The translations under genes were made by a program, and so were the position numbers. Shown piece after piece: positions 36,786-51,284 of a DNA stretch of 64,000 nucleotides. Every line of letters starts with the position of its first letter. Positions within the stretch are counted from its first letter, which is position 1. The notes beneath the pieces were generated by a model. It was not told where the DNA came from. It ran no database searches and saw nothing but the letters and a program-made list of their open reading frames with translations. Source of the stretch: Paraspadella gotoi (lineage: Eukaryota > Animalia > Chaetognatha); assembly GCA_051294375.1 (NCBI GenBank), contig CM119265.1, positions 29,488,852 to 29,552,851 of the forward strand. Reading direction: 5' to 3'.

Positions 36786-39700
36786 ATAAATCAATGAATC
36801 AAGCAATCAATCAATCAAATTTAATTTTAATTTAAATGTTTAACTTTATACTTGAACAATCTTTAATCCCATAAACTAATCCCTGATACAAATGTATTTC
36901 CTCATCCCCTAACTCTAATTCCTAACTTAATCTTTTTAAAAAGATATTTACTTCTGAATTATAGCTGAAATTGGGCACTTTTGGAAAATAGGGTCATTTC
37001 CTACTTTTTTTCTCATCTTTCCTACTTTACTCATTCTCTTTCTACTTTTGTAAATATTCTAATAAACTCTCATCGTTATAACTAATGTCATATGTTATAA
37101 CTAATGTTATAAATAATGTCACAAATCACTATGAATCGTGAATAGGTCACATGACGCACATCAATCAAAATTGAACATTTTCATATGATAATAAATTGCT
37201 CTTTTACATTTTAAATTATCAGGTTTTTACTCCGGCTACTTTTTTCACTGACACTTTCATGAAAATGTATAAACTAACAAACAATTGACGATTAAATGAA
37301 TTAAATGAATTAAATTTCATGAAAATGTCTAAACTAACAAATAATTGACGATTAAATCAACCGTTTAACTAACGTAACGACAGTTTAGTAATAAAACTCC
37401 AGAGATCCGTGAATCATTACATCGTTTATATTTATTACTGCGACTAATTATTACATCTGAATGATTGTTTTTCTCTGTCAAACTAACGATTAATACGAAT
37501 CAATGACACAATTATTTTTTAAACAATTTCCAACAGAATTGATGTGCGAAAATTATTAAGAGATTTTGTTGATGAAAGAAAAAAAGAAAAGAATCGAAAA
37601 AAGTTTATCATGAAATTCACTCCTACTTAATTAAAGAAGAAAAAAAACTATTGTACTAATTTGAAAGAAACATGTTGAATCTTTACAATTTCGAGAAAAA
37701 AAAATATTTAAGACAATGATGATGCGATAGTTAATTATGTATAAAAACAATTTAATTTAAAAATGTTTCATTAACAGAAAAAATAAAAACCAATGAGAAT
37801 AAACAACTAATAAAAAAGAGAGAAAATGTATTCTATGTTTGTAATTTATTTTTTTTGATAAAAGACGCACGGAGAGGGCGATGAGGGTAGCACCAAAACA
37901 TTTAATAAAACTAAATCCGAAATCAGATATACACTGACGGAACATTACTACGAAATTGCGTTTAATATTTCTTTCGTTGTTTAACTTCTTAAATGTTTAT
38001 GTCAGTCGCAGGAAACAAAAAAATCAGTTGAAGCGTCGTCCCTGAATATTGGAAGGGAAAGTGATTTGGAAAGATATTTAAAAAGAGATTTGGAAAGAGT
38101 TTTGCAAAGAGATTTGAAAATAGATTTAATAAAACAGATTTAGTAAGAGATTTGAAGAGATTTGGAAAGATATTTCTCTGAACTCTGCACACAGAATGGC
38201 TCATATGAAGTTTAACAGACGCTCGTGTTTAATGTTTGTTAAATTAAAATGAATAAGTTGGTGACTACGCATTCATGCATTCGGTCATGGACATAAATTA
38301 ATTCTCGTTAAGTCATTTTGTTTGTTTAACATAACAATTAAATTCAAAAGACAATTCTACAATAATTTTTTTCAGTAGGTGTCGCATTTTTTAATTTTTT
38401 ACATTTTTTTCAGGTATTCTGTATTCACCATGCTCGGGATAGGAAAACAAAAGTTGGTGTTTTGTTTGGCCTCATCGCTACTGGGTGATTGTGTCACAAG
38501 ACTATTAACGCATTCTTAAGGTTTTTTAGGGAAATTAAAATAAAGAAACCAAAACAAAAGGTTTAATCATCTAATTCATCCAGACCAGAAAAGCGAAAAG
38601 ACGACGACAGAGACGAAGAAGACTCCATTTAAGAACCACATCGTTTCACTGAATTAGACTCGAGATCTTTAAGGGGAGAGTCGATTATTTCATAGCAGGA
38701 AATTCTTATTGAAGAAAATAGCGTCATTCTCGTCTCTGAATTAAAAAAAAAGGTAAGATCTTATTATCTTTTTTTTTGCGCCGCAGTTTCGATTCTCTTC
38801 AGGTTGGAAGTGGATTAAATTTTTTGGGTTTCTAATTTTCTACTTTGCAATTTAAAGGGGAACAATGAAAAAATTCCCTCAAAAATATGATTTAAATAAT
38901 ATTTCTTATTAAATAAAACAAAAAAAAGTCTGTTGTGTGATCAGCGATTTTCTTAGAAAGAGAGGGCATTTCTTTCCAAGCAAAAATATAGAGAAAGTGA
39001 AGAATGAAAAAAAAACATTTTAACATCACGCAAAAAAGATAGGGGTTAAAAAGCTTTATGAAATAATCATCATATTGATAATATTATTATTAATTTTAAT
39101 AACTTTTATAGACAACGCGACTGTAAGAGATGGGCATGGGAAATACAGTAAATACTGTTGCATGCGGTCGCTAACAAAACTTAATACATCATTTTAAAAT
39201 TTATATTAGCTAAAAATATTGCTGTATTGATAAATGATAGAAATCAACACTTTTGTTTACAAAATTCAGTCACAAACAATGCAAATTATATAAAAAGGGT
39301 CAATAAAAAAATGTAAACATTGTAAAGTGTCCTCACTGCACTTTATAGTTTTTAAAATAAATAGTTATTAGATTATTATATAAAAAGGCCATTTTTTGTA
39401 CAATAAGTAAAAATAATTCTTTTAATAAAGTGGCCTCTACTAGAGCTTCAAGTAAATTACCTTCTTGAAAAAGAATGATGGCTACCTTCTTGGTTGACAA
39501 CTTAAAATAGAAAAGTTGCCAAAAATGATCATATATACTTACTTAATTATTTTAAACATTAAGACATTTATGCGTGGTATTATTTATTTATTAAACTGCA
39601 AAATTAAACTCATAAGCTTGAAAAATTATATTCTTACAGAAACTACAATTAGATGAAATTGATGAAAGAATTTTTTTTAGAAATGATATGGCAGACAAGT

Positions 39701-42700
39701 AGCAAGAAAAAAGATACAAAATTATGATAATCACAAAATTTGATCTTTTTAAAGTAAGACAAGATTTAAGTAGCTGTGTCAAAATTTATTTATAATTTAG
39801 CATGTTTAAAAGCGCCAAATATTTTTAAATTGTTATAAACAATTTATTTATTTTTCAGCATCTCGTGAAGTGAGCATTTTTTAAGGGCTATAAAACAAAG
39901 GTTTATGTCGGGAAAACAGAGTGTAACAACAAACATATTTTTTTAAAATTGCAAACAAGTAATATTTAAATGCTCCTCTTTCGATAAATATTTGTATTCA
40001 GTATTTTCCTAGTTCCAACTCTATCGCACAATTTTAATTTTTAAGAGAAATTTAAAGGAAAATACAAGTGTTGGAGCCGCTCGTCTTGGAACACCCGATA
40101 CAATGACGCCAGGATAAAGATTAAATGCAGGATCAGGTTTTTTTTGTCTGTGGTTTTAGAGCAGAAAGGTTTCGGGTTTTTTTTACTTATTGGTCTTTTT
40201 TTATTTTTCATCCAAGTAAAAAAAAAGAATCAAATAGCGAACAAACTCATAACAGGTTTTTTTAAGGATTTTTTGTTTTAGGTCTTGTGGTTCTGCGAGC
40301 TTTGATTTAATTTTTAAGGGGAAAGAGGTTAAGGAAAAGACAACATTCAAGTTACGACATAAAATGGATTAGAAAGAGAGAGAGATTTTTTTAAGTATGC
40401 AAAAAACGATCTGAAGCAAAAAAAAAAATGTTAGCTTAGGTCGAGAAAGAGAGAGGGAGTAACTAGCCGGTTCCCTTAAAAGGGAATCGATAGCAAAGAT
40501 CCAAAATCTTTTCAACCTCGAGATGAGCTGCCGAGAAAGTCATTAGTAATTTTGCATACCGTAAAAAATGTAGTGCATGCGTGGTTATTACCTGCCCCAA
40601 CAATTAATCACCTTTACTTCTCCGACTTCCCAATTGAGGCCGCTTTTAAAGATGAATCCCGAGAGAGTCATGGGTTCGAACCCCACCGACTCCATCGAGG
40701 TCTCACTCGGAAAAGCGAATCGGTTAAGGGCGACCCAGAGTGAAAGGAGTAAAGACCCAGTGAACGATTCTTCTCTCCTCTAAACATCGATCGAGTTTGA
40801 ACCCCCGACACACAAAGTCAAACCCTTTTCCGGTTGGAACCTTTGATCGTCAGAACCAAGAAACTGCGCCAACAAACTCGGCACTGACGAGACATCAAAG
40901 CAATTGGGCGGCAGAATCTCTCAATGAGAAGAGAGGGGAACTGCCGTCGGGAAATAAAGGGATTTTTAGGAGAAAATATATTCCGTTTAACTGCATTGAT
41001 ATTGAATAAAACATTTATTTTTTTAATCTCAAACTTGATAATTTTTTCCATATTTACTATAATTTTTACTATTACGTTTACAATATTTATTTGCAAATAA
41101 ACTAGCAGTTTTGTTTTGGAATTCACATTGAATACTCCTTTACATATTGAGGGGGGTACTGAAAGCGGCACACGACAGACAGACTATTCTATAAAAAAAA
41201 TGTTTTTTTTATTATAATCTTTTTTTAAAAATGTTTAAATCTTTTTGAGGATTTTGTTTCTTCTTTGAATACAATAAAAAAGTTTGTTTGTGTGACGCGA
41301 TAAAATAAAAAAGGAAATGAGGTTCGGCTGTTGAGTTGAATCTCATTCAATCTCCCTTCAATCAGACTCACTTAAGTCTCGGGGTTGTTGGGAGCCTGAC
41401 AGAGACTAAGCCAACACTTACTGGTTTTAATTATTATTTAATAACTTGGTAAAATTTCTATTTAAAAACCCAGAACGAACTTGGACAGAATAGGATGCAA
41501 GGGTTGTCTTCTCCTTCGATAAAGGATTGCAACATCCCTCCAAGAAAATTGAATCCTCAGCTGAAGGCAATAACATTTGGCGTTGCATCCTGCAATGTCT
41601 AAATTACATTCAATTTGAGATCTATACTTTCTTTTTGTTTTTTTGCCCCCAACCAGCGAAATGTTGCCAAATTTCATCATTAAGGCTTCTGAACGAAAAT
41701 TTACCCCCAAAACTTTTTTTGTAGTTTTTCTTCTTTTTAAGTTTTTTTTAATGATGTTACAATAACGAGTTTGGATTCTTGTGTTTTGTTTGGTTAACTT
41801 GGTGCAGATTTTGGTTTGCAACATCCAATCTTTATTTTTTGCATTTAGTCACTTCAAAGGATACTGTTCTTTTTTTTCTCCATAATTCAGTCTTGAACCA
41901 GAACTTTCTTTTTTTTCAGGAAAGAATATTTAAAATCTTTTAGATTTGAGTTACTTGTCTTGCCTTTAACAAACATCGTCATGAAGTTATTACAAATAAC
42001 TTAAACCAAACGTAAACAGTTTCTATTTAGACTTCGTAGCGATGTTATACAGGTTCAATAAAACAAATAAAATAAATAAATAACTCTGACACATTTAAAC
42101 GATTGAACAGATGGTTCTTAAAGGGAACCAGGAAAGCCACGTATAACTCCTGGTTATACTTGCCTTTACAAAACTTTGAATTGAAAAAAAAAATTACACA
42201 ACATTACTTAACTTTCAATTTATTTTTATTTTATTCATTTCTTTAAATCTTGCTTGGATTTCAATTTTTTTTAATTTTAAATATTAAAACCTGATCTTTC
42301 CCAGTTTTTATTCTAATTGATTGGTCTGTTTTATGTGTGAAGCCGTGTGACAATAGGCATCATGCAAAATCCGATAAACAATTTAGCATTAAGCCAATCT
42401 TATTTTATCTTGTTCTTGTATGTTAAGTAAGAATATAAGCTCAATGATAAAAAGCAGTCAAAGTTTTAATGGATTTAGCTTTGATATTATTTTATGTCTG
42501 GAGTGAGTGAAAAGTTTCGAAGAAGCGAATCTTATATTTTTTTTTTTAATAAATAATAATAAAATTAAATTTCCCCAAAATTCATTTCAAGTCCGTTTTT
42601 CTAAGACGCGATGATTCCCTAACAAAACCTGCTTTTCTAAAAAAAATCTGAAACGAGGAACAAGGAGAGTTTCAACTTCTTTCCGCTTCTTAACTCAATG

Positions 42701-44239
42701 GAGCCTCGTTCTGGACTACTTCGGACTACTCTCTTCTTCTCGTTCTCCTACTCAACTCAATGCAGCCTCGTTCTGGACTCCTGTTAAAGCATTCAAAGCC
42801 ATCCGCATGAAAGAGCTTGTATTCTCCTCTGTCTTGATTTCTCTCTTGTGTCCAGCTCGTTCCTAATTCTCTATTTAGTCTCTTATTATCTCTCTTTTTT
42901 TTTAAATTTGGCAAAAAAGCAAAAATCTTGGCAAAAAAAAATATGTTTAGTTAGTTTAGCAACTCAAGCTTATCGTCTATAATAAATACTCTGACGACAA
43001 AAGCGAATAATTCTTTTGTTAACAAAAGTTACTCTGAGTTTTGGCTGAAAAAAAAAAAAATTTGGCGTTTATATATGTATAGATAGGATGTGTATAAATA
43101 CGTATTAATCCTATGAATCGAAGCTGGCATTTATTTTTTTTGATGGTTTTTGTTTGACCAAGACTATCTATTAGAGAAGTGATAATGAATGCTCTCGGCC
43201 ATGTTTTCCCTCCAAGACAATCATGCCGGGTCAGAAAATCAATAATCATAGTAATAATAAAAAATAAAAACGACACTCGAATAAAGCAGCAACCGAAATA
43301 ACGGCAAATGAGATGGGACACGAAAAAGCTGCTTTCTTGGGGTGAAAAATCCCATGGAATGATTGTCTCAAAAATAGCTGATTCATGGTTGACCACATGG
43401 TTCTAAAGATATGAAGACATGATTTTCTGATAGTGAAAAGCATAAAAAAAATTTAAAGTCAAGAATGAGCTATTGTTTGTTAGGCAATGAGATTGGGCTC
43501 AAAAGGGCAAACAATTGAATGATTATTGTCATTTTGAATTTTGTGAATTTAACTAAAAGCAAGATTGGATGTTTTGGCTAAGATGTAGGAAGATCCTTGA
43601 ATGTCTGCCGAGTGGATATTGTTTGTATCGTAGAATCGGAGAAATTAAATTGAGGAGCTTATGATCAGCAAAAAAATATAAGAACATAAAAATATTTATA
43701 AAAATTACTTATTCTCCTCAAGTTTTTTATGTCAAGGGTTTTTGCATCGGCAATAAGCCTCTCTTTAACTTTGTAGACTTTAACATTCATTGAAATAAAA
43801 TCATATTTTTTTGAACCCTAACAAATTGATTTAATATCCACCGAACCTACAATTATTGATACTTTAAACCCTGTATATTTTAAATACATACGGATTTTAG
43901 ACTGGATTTCAATGTAAGAAAATCACTTTGCTAAATATTTCTAAAATTAGTCTTTTAACCCAAAGGAATGTAATCGAATACGAGACGTCATTGCATGATA
44001 TAGTCATTTCCCAAATTCATCCTGTCTATAGACAATTTAGACATTATTCCCTTATTTTTGAGGCTCATTAAGTAAAGCATATAACCATCAGCCGATACCG
44101 CCAGCTAATAAGTTGCAAGTGAAATAAGTTTACAATATTAAACACTAAACTTACTACTCCCTAAAAATGTTAATAATCATTAGTTTATATATACCATTAG
44201 GTTTTATAATAACCATTATTTCCAAATCTGTTTAATTTT

Positions 44240-44440
44240 TTATTTAAATTTATTTGTACCCAAATAATAAATATATCAAATCTAAATTTAAAAAAAAAGT
44301 ATTTATACTTAAATAATACACATATCAAAACTAAATTTTTATTTATATTTATTTATACTTAAATAATGCACGTATCAAACTTAAATTTTTATTTAAATTT
44401 ATTTATACTTAAATAATACACATATCAAATTTAAATTTTC
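44240..44440. repeat. ~50-bp AT-rich tandem repeat (ATTTATACTTAAATAATACACATATCAAA...)
   Basis: About 4 visible units. Confidence 0.75.
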
Positions 44441-45525
44441 TTTAGAAAGAGTATGCAATTGTTAAAGGAAGCTAAAGCGATCAATTTAAACCCTGACATT
44501 TAATCTCTTTTCGGTAGAGGAAGGTTTTATCATTTCTCTCAGGAAGGAAGAATGCCCTTCCCAGCATGCCGGTGGACAGGGAAAGGGGTGGGTGAGGCAT
44601 GGAGATCTTGGCAGCATGCCAATATTGAAATAAAAGTGGGGCATGTCGGTCAAAAGCATGCCGGTGGCAAAACAACGGTGGGGCATGTCGATGAATCCAT
44701 GCCGGTGGCAAAACAGCGGTGGTCGATCCTGGGGATTTTCTAGACTGAATGGACAAGAAGGGAAAAAGCCCCTTAAGGATCATTTTCATTTTCTTTGGTT
44801 TATTTAAATATTATTTATTCTATTTATTTATGTCTACTACATTCGTTGTGGGAGCTAAAAATCAGTTCGCAGGATTTTCTTTAAGGGGACCGATGCGATG
44901 GTAAGAAAAAGTGCGGTTCGCGGATTTTCGGACTCTGAAGTGAATTTTAAGGGAAAGTGCAAGATTTGTTATTTTCTATATTTATTTTTTTGTCTAATTT
45001 GCATTTAAGGATAAAAAAAGGAAGAAGAATATTTTCATTCTTATCAAGCTTTTGTGCAAACTAAAGAAAAGTAATGTCATGCAAGATTTCTTTTTTACAA
45101 AGCTGAGGATAGCAGCGCGTTTCTATTATGTATTTTTTATAGATAATACCATACCTTTATTATTTATATAAAAAAGGTACGTAGTATTTATAAAAAAAAA
45201 GCATCAAAAAATGAATGATGCGAAATAAATGACGTAGAAATCTGATATTCTGTTTTGTTTTTTTGTTGTTTTTTTTTTTGAAAAGCCAGTTGAAGTGCGG
45301 TTTTATCAATTTCATGCAATGTGAGCCATAACCCAGACAGGATATTTTTTCTTTCTTTCTTTTTTTTTGGTCGCGATGTAAAATAAACTTGGGAAGATCC
45401 TTCTTTCCTTTTTTATGAACGACGGTTTTTTATGATTTTTTTTTTACAAATGAGATGCAGCCTTTTTTTTCTTTTTTTGTTTTAATCACAAAATCGAGAA
45501 ATGATAGAAAAATAAGTCGTAGTCG

Positions 45526-45561
<36 letters not shown>

Positions 45562-46242
45562 GCATGGTCGTCGTCGTCATCATCGTCGAAAAATCTGATT
45601 CGATCTAAAAAAAACAAATAATTTTTTTTCCTCTGATTTCTAGAGGAAATTTTAAAGGAGAAAAGAGAAAAGAGATTTCCAAGAAATTGTTGTCGTTGTT
45701 GTTGTTGTTGTCGTTGTTATAGTAGATTACGTTGCTTGGGAAGACTCTTTAATGGAAAGTGAAACTCAAAAAAAAAAGGAAAAAAAATTGATCCAAATTT
45801 TTGGAGCAAAAGTTTCTTCTGTGGTGAGTTTCTTTGTTCTTGTCCTTTGCCTTCGTTCTTGTCCTTTGTCCTAGTTCGCCGTTGATAGAATTATTTGTGA
45901 AGATTCTTACCTTTTTCTCATTCTTGACTCAGTTTTGGGTCAGAAAAGAATTAAAATGAAGCGAAAGAAAAAGCGATGAAAACATTTGGATCTTTTCTCT
46001 TCCTTTTTTTATTATTTTTTGTTCTTTTTATTATTTTTTATTATTTTTCGTTCTTTTTTGTTCTTTTTTGTTCTTTTTTGTTCTTTTGGAATTTCTTGTC
46101 TTTTTGTTTTGTCCTTGGGCCACGATTGTCTTTTTATTTGAGGTTTTGTGACACAAGTTTTGTTTTTCTTTTCGTCTTTTGAGTTTTTTGGGTTAGTTTT
46201 GTTTCTGTTGTTGTTGTTGTCGTCGTTGTTGTTGTTTTTGTA

Positions 46243-46278
46243 TTACAAATGAACTGGGTCAGGCTGTTTTCGGATCGT
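46243..46278 (-). CDS. FLOT1: Flotillin-1 last coding exon (TIRKQPDPVHL*)
   Basis: Acceptor tttcttctacag|. Phase 0 matches the previous exon, and it ends in TAA. Confidence 0.7.
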   Translation of the reverse strand, partial: TIRKQPDPVHL

Positions 46279-46689
46279 CTGTAGAAGAAAGAGGGTAAGA
46301 GAAGAAAAGGGAAATATAAATATCTTTCAAATGTAAATATAAATATGAAGATTTTCTGGTTCCATTCATTTGTTTTCTCCTGGATTCCTATCTTTCAATT
46401 TTTTTTTTTATTCCTCCTATCTTTTTTTTTATTTTCCTCTTTCTCGCTCCCTTTTTTTTCCTTCCTCTTCTTTCCTTTCCTCCTCTACCTCTTATTTTAT
46501 TCCATCTTATTTCCTTTCCTCCTCTCCCTTTTAATTTTCCTTCCTCTTCTTTCCTTTCCTCTCCTCCCTTTCCTCCCTTCTTCCCTCTCTTCCCCCTTCC
46601 TCTTCTTTCCATTCCTCCCCTTCCTCGTCTTTCCTTTCCTATTCTCCCTTTCCTCCGTCTCTCCCCCTTCTTATCCCCACCCAACCCAC

Positions 46690-46958
46690 CGTGGCGATGT
46701 TAACTCCCGTCAATTTTTCCACGACGTCTGGCAATTTGTTGATGATGTCCAGCACTTCTGCGGTGAGCCTCGACGCTCCAATGTCCCCTTGACCCGAGGC
46801 TACGATGGTCACCTTGTTGCAGCCGGTTAAGGGCGCGGAGACTTCTGCCGCGATTTTAGGCAACATGTCGAGGACCATGTCTACTTTGGCCGCGTCTTGA
46901 TAATCCTTCCATGCGTCCGCTTTCTTCGCCATCTGCTCTGCCTCGGCTTTCGCCTTGG
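46690..46958 (-). CDS. FLOT1: Flotillin-1 exon ([44 protein letters not shown]...[15 protein letters not shown])
   Basis: Clear similarity to the flotillin-1 C-terminal region ([27 protein letters not shown]), with AG/GT boundaries. Confidence 0.95.
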
Positions 46959-46974
46959 CTGTTAGGGGGGGAGA

Positions 46975-48250
46975 AGGTCACGTGATTGAGTATGGACGTG
47001 TAGAAGTTCACGTGATTTGGAGTGGGTGTGGAGAGGGTCACGTCATTGGGTGTGGACGTAGAGGTTACGTGATTATGGTGTGGGCCTTGACAGGGTCAAA
47101 ATGATTGGGTGTGGATCCGTGTAGAGGGTCCCACGTGATTGGTGTGTGGCATTGACAGGGTCACATGATTGAGTGTGGACGTGTAAAGGGTCAACGTGTT
47201 TTGGAGTGGGTGTGGAGAGGGTAACGTGGTTGGGTGTGGACGTGTAGAGGTTCACTGTGATTTGGAGTGGGTAACGTGATTGGGTGTAGAGGTTGGCGTG
47301 TAAGAGGTAAGGCGTAGTAAAATTTCTAAAATTAAAATTTAATTAAAATTCTAAAAGTGAGGAACGAACAACATTAATATTAAATGAACATTTATGTAAT
47401 CAAAAAATTCATAATAAATTTTTACAATTTACGGCAGTTAGGCCATATTTAAATACTAGTACAAAACCAATAATGTTAAATTTTAAAAACAGTTTTTTTT
47501 AAATTTTTTTGCAGATATGGATTCGGTCATAAAAGTTGGTTAAAAAGAAAATACACTCTTTTTGAAATATTCCTTCATTAAGTGGGTCAAAAATTAGAAA
47601 AAGCTATATTTTTAAGCTGAAAATTAAACTTTTTATATATTAATATAGTTTTTTTAATTTTAACCACTTAATGAAAGAATTTTTTTAAAATGATTTATAT
47701 TTTCTTTTATCACTTTTGGACGAGGATTCAATCTGCAATCAAAATAAGAAAGCTTAATTTTGAAATTTTTTGATTTTATAAGGATAGTACTATATATAAA
47801 TATAGCCTACTGCGAAAATTAAAACATAAAATTAATTTTTATTTACAAATAAATAGTTATGGATGGTATTGTTGTTCATAATTGACTTTAGATTTTTTGT
47901 ATGTAACTTTCACTAAAAGCCTTAGTGTAGAGGGTCAAGTGATTGGGTGTGGGCGTTGATAGGGTCACATGATTGGGTGTGGACGTGTAGAGGGTCACGT
48001 GATGTGGAGTGGGTCACGTGTTTGGGTGTGGACGTGTAGAGGGTCACGTGATTGGGTGTGGACGTGTAGAGAGTCACGTGATTTGGTGTGGGCGTTGACA
48101 GGGTCACATGATTGGGTGTAGGTGAGGCGGTCACGTGATTTGGTTGTGGTCACGGTTGATTGGGTGTGGGACGTGTAAGATGGTCACGTCGATTGGGTGT
48201 GGACGTGTAAATGGTCACGTGTTTAGGTGTGGGGGTGAGAGGGTCACGTT
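46975..48250. repeat. 30-bp intronic minisatellite (GGGTCACGTGATTGGGTGTGGACGTGTAGA), split by a MITE
   Basis: Direct observation of units at 46975-47305 and 47925-48250. Confidence 0.9.
47308..47924. mobile_element. AT-rich fold-back MITE with long diverged inverted arms
   Basis: Ends TAAGGC...GCCTTA, internal inverted matches (ttcattaagtgg / ccacttaatgaa), and it interrupts the minisatellite. Confidence 0.6.
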
Positions 48251-48493
48251 ATCGGGGTATTAGATTTTAGTCGCGCCGCAAGTACTTTCGGTGAAAATCT
48301 ATAAGCTTCTTTTTGGTTTGTCTATCAGTTAGATGATCTGTGTGACGGTCTATGGATCTATCCTGTTTATATTTTAAATTTTTATAAGTCAGATAATATG
48401 GTATCGTTTAAGTTCTCATTTGTTATGTAGGTAAGGTACCATAGAATATTTCATGTACATATATATTATATTTGTGCAGTCATGTGATCATTT

Positions 48494-49325
48494 AACAAGT
48501 TTGAGCAAACAATGTCGGATCTGCCCACGATCATTATCGGTAATTAATTAATTAATTAATTAATTAATTAATTAATTAATTAATTAATTAATTAATTAAT
48601 TAATTAATAATTAATTTATTCAAGTTAATTATTTAATTAATTATGCAATTATGCAATTAATTTGATCCAAAATGTTTGTTTTGATTGATTAATTAACTGA
48701 TTAATTAATTATTGATTAATTATTTGACTAATTGATTAATTAACTAATTAATTATTTGATTAATTAATACATCTTGCATTTACATTTAAAATAAAAAGAA
48801 AAAGAAGCATAAACATTTAGTGAAAAAGGTTCTTTTTTTTTTATTTAAACTCATTTCCACTCAAACGATTTCATCGAAGCTTGATTTCCAGTTTAATCAC
48901 ACACTTTTCTACCCAAATACAAAATTTCAAGTCAATCGCCCCATCCACTCATGAGTAATTAGTGTTCAAATAGTGAAATATATTTTTTTGTTTTTTCCAT
49001 TTAAACTCATTTCCACTCGGACGTTTCCATCGAAACTTCATATCCAGCTCAATCACACACTTCCCTACCCACACACAAAATTTCATTCCAATCCATCCAT
49101 CCAATCACGAGTAATTGGTGTTTCTTGCTAAGGTGGGACGGACGGACGGACGGATGGAAGTATGGACGGACGGACGGACAGACGGACGGACCGACGGACA
49201 TCGTTTTTTTTGCATAATTTATCATAATTCGATGTTCTGACATGATATAAATGAATACCCGACAAGATTGAGGGGGCGGACCAACGGACCGACAAGGTGA
49301 ATTATAGAGTCGGGATCTGCTAAAA
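48494..49325 (-). mobile_element. DINE-1/Helentron-like element (minus strand)
   Basis: Reverse complement of the 26154-26910 structure: AACAAGTTTGAGCAAACAATGTCGGATCTGC, (TAAT)n, (GGAC)n and TATAGAGTCGGGATCTGC. Confidence 0.8.
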
Positions 49326-49776
49326 AATAAAACAAAAATTTGACATTTCCTATCTATAAATAAATATTAAAAAATTAATTACTAGTGTTTTAGCCATTTT
49401 AGAAAATTTTGGTCCATTGGAAGTTTTCTTAGAATTGTATGAAATTTCGTTTGGGAAGGTTCCCAAATCAAACTTCTGATCCCCCCCCCATTGACAAAGT
49501 TTGGCCCTAATAGGAGAACGTTTGTTATGCAGATGTGGTCAAAAAAAAATTTAAACGTTGAACCCCTTACTATCTCGCTTGTCTTAATTAAACCTTGGGG
49601 TTACTAGAAAGCCAAAACAAAGATCTTTTATTCGAGCCCATGACGAGGTTTCTAGGCTAAATAATAGAAGCTGTACTAAAATTTAAAAAATGATTACAAT
49701 TTTGTTTTACAATTTTCTTTTTTAACTTAAAAAAAAATTATCCATCTTTGTTTATTGTTTTTATGTATTTTTTTAC

Positions 49777-50122
49777 ATGGAAACTTCAAAACAGCTAACC
49801 CCCAAAAAGAAAACTGCAATTGTTAAGCTTCGGAAGGCAGGTTTGTTAAGATACAGTTTGCCAAACAGTTAAATTTCTTTACTACCACCATCTGCAGAGT
49901 TGTCACCAAATTTAAAGCAACTGGAGATCTTGGACAAACTGTTGGAAAGAGGTGGCCTCGCATATCCTTGGAGAGCAAAGACAATAACCTGGAAGGTCTC
50001 ACAATTCAAGACCGTGAGGCTTTTGCAAACCAGTTGAAAAAAAAATGGAGAGAAGAACGAGGAATTGTCGCCAGTCGTTCAACAGTGAATAGGCGGCTTT
50101 TCATGGAGGATGAAGCTCCTGG
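49777..50122 (+). pseudogene. Tc1/mariner transposase N-terminal (paired-like HTH) fragment, frameshifted, running into a gap
   Basis: METSKQLTPKKKTAIVKLRKAG../AKQLNFFTTTICRVVTKFKATGDL...KRWPR...ASRSTVNRRL resembles the Tc1 DNA-binding domain with a degenerate GRPR motif. Confidence 0.8.
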
Positions 50123-51284
50123 NNNNNNNNNNNNNNNNNNNNNNNNNNNNNNNNNNNNNNNNNNNNNNNNNNNNNNNNNNNNNNNNNNNNNNNNNNNNNN
50201 NNNNNNNNNNNNNNNNNNNNNNNNNNNNNNNNNNNNNNNNNNNNNNNNNNNNNNNNNNNNNNNNNNNNNNNNNNNNNNNNNNNNNNNNNNNNNNNNNNNN
50301 NNNNNNNNNNNNNNNNNNNNNNNNNNNNNNNNNNNNNNNNNNNNNNNNNNNNNNNNNNNNNNNNNNNNNNNNNNNNNNNNNNNNNNNNNNNNNNNNNNNN
50401 NNNNNNNNNNNNNNNNNNNNNNNNNNNNNNNNNNNNNNNNNNNNNNNNNNNNNNNNNNNNNNNNNNNNNNNNNNNNNNNNNNNNNNNNNNNNNNNNNNNN
50501 NNNNNNNNNNNNNNNNNNNNNNNNNNNNNNNNNNNNNNNNNNNNNNNNNNNNNNNNNNNNNNNNNNNNNNNNNNNNNNNNNNNNNNNNNNNNNNNNNNNN
50601 NNNNNNNNNNNNNNNNNNNNNNNNNNNNNNNNNNNNNNNNNNNNNNNNNNNNNNNNNNNNNNNNNNNNNNNNNNNNNNNNNNNNNNNNNNNNNNNNNNNN
50701 NNNNNNNNNNNNNNNNNNNNNNNNNNNNNNNNNNNNNNNNNNNNNNNNNNNNNNNNNNNNNNNNNNNNNNNNNNNNNNNNNNNNNNNNNNNNNNNNNNNN
50801 NNNNNNNNNNNNNNNNNNNNNNNNNNNNNNNNNNNNNNNNNNNNNNNTTCCTCAGTGGACTTTCCATTCGCCTTTAAGTATGAAAAATATATTGTACGAT
50901 ACATTTGGTCAAAAATAAGTTTAATAGTTAAAATAAAATGCATTTTTTATTTCGGGCGAATTTTGAAGGAACAGCATATCTATTTTTAAGACTCTATTAA
51001 AATGTTCTCTCAGACTCGCTATTTACTATGATATGCTAGAGGAGACGTATAGTGCTTGCTGTATCGGCTAGCGAGAAATGAAAGGGTTCAGCCTTCCCGC
51101 CGAATCAATTTTAATTTTTTAATTGTGTCTGGATTTCTATGCGAAACTTCCTTTATCCTCTAACGAGTTTCCCGAGTTTCTCGGCCCCAACTTCAGCAAC
51201 TCTTGAGGTCCTCGAGTTTTTCTCTAGGTGCGGGCGGGGGGTGGGTAGTTTAGATCGCTTGCTTTGTGTCTTTTAGCAGCCTGA

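Noticed and set aside
40450-41010. GC-richer island with short ORFs and a B-box-like GGGTTCGAACCCC
   Set aside because: No cloverleaf or A box, no recognisable product and no clear splice framework. It cannot be called without transcript data.
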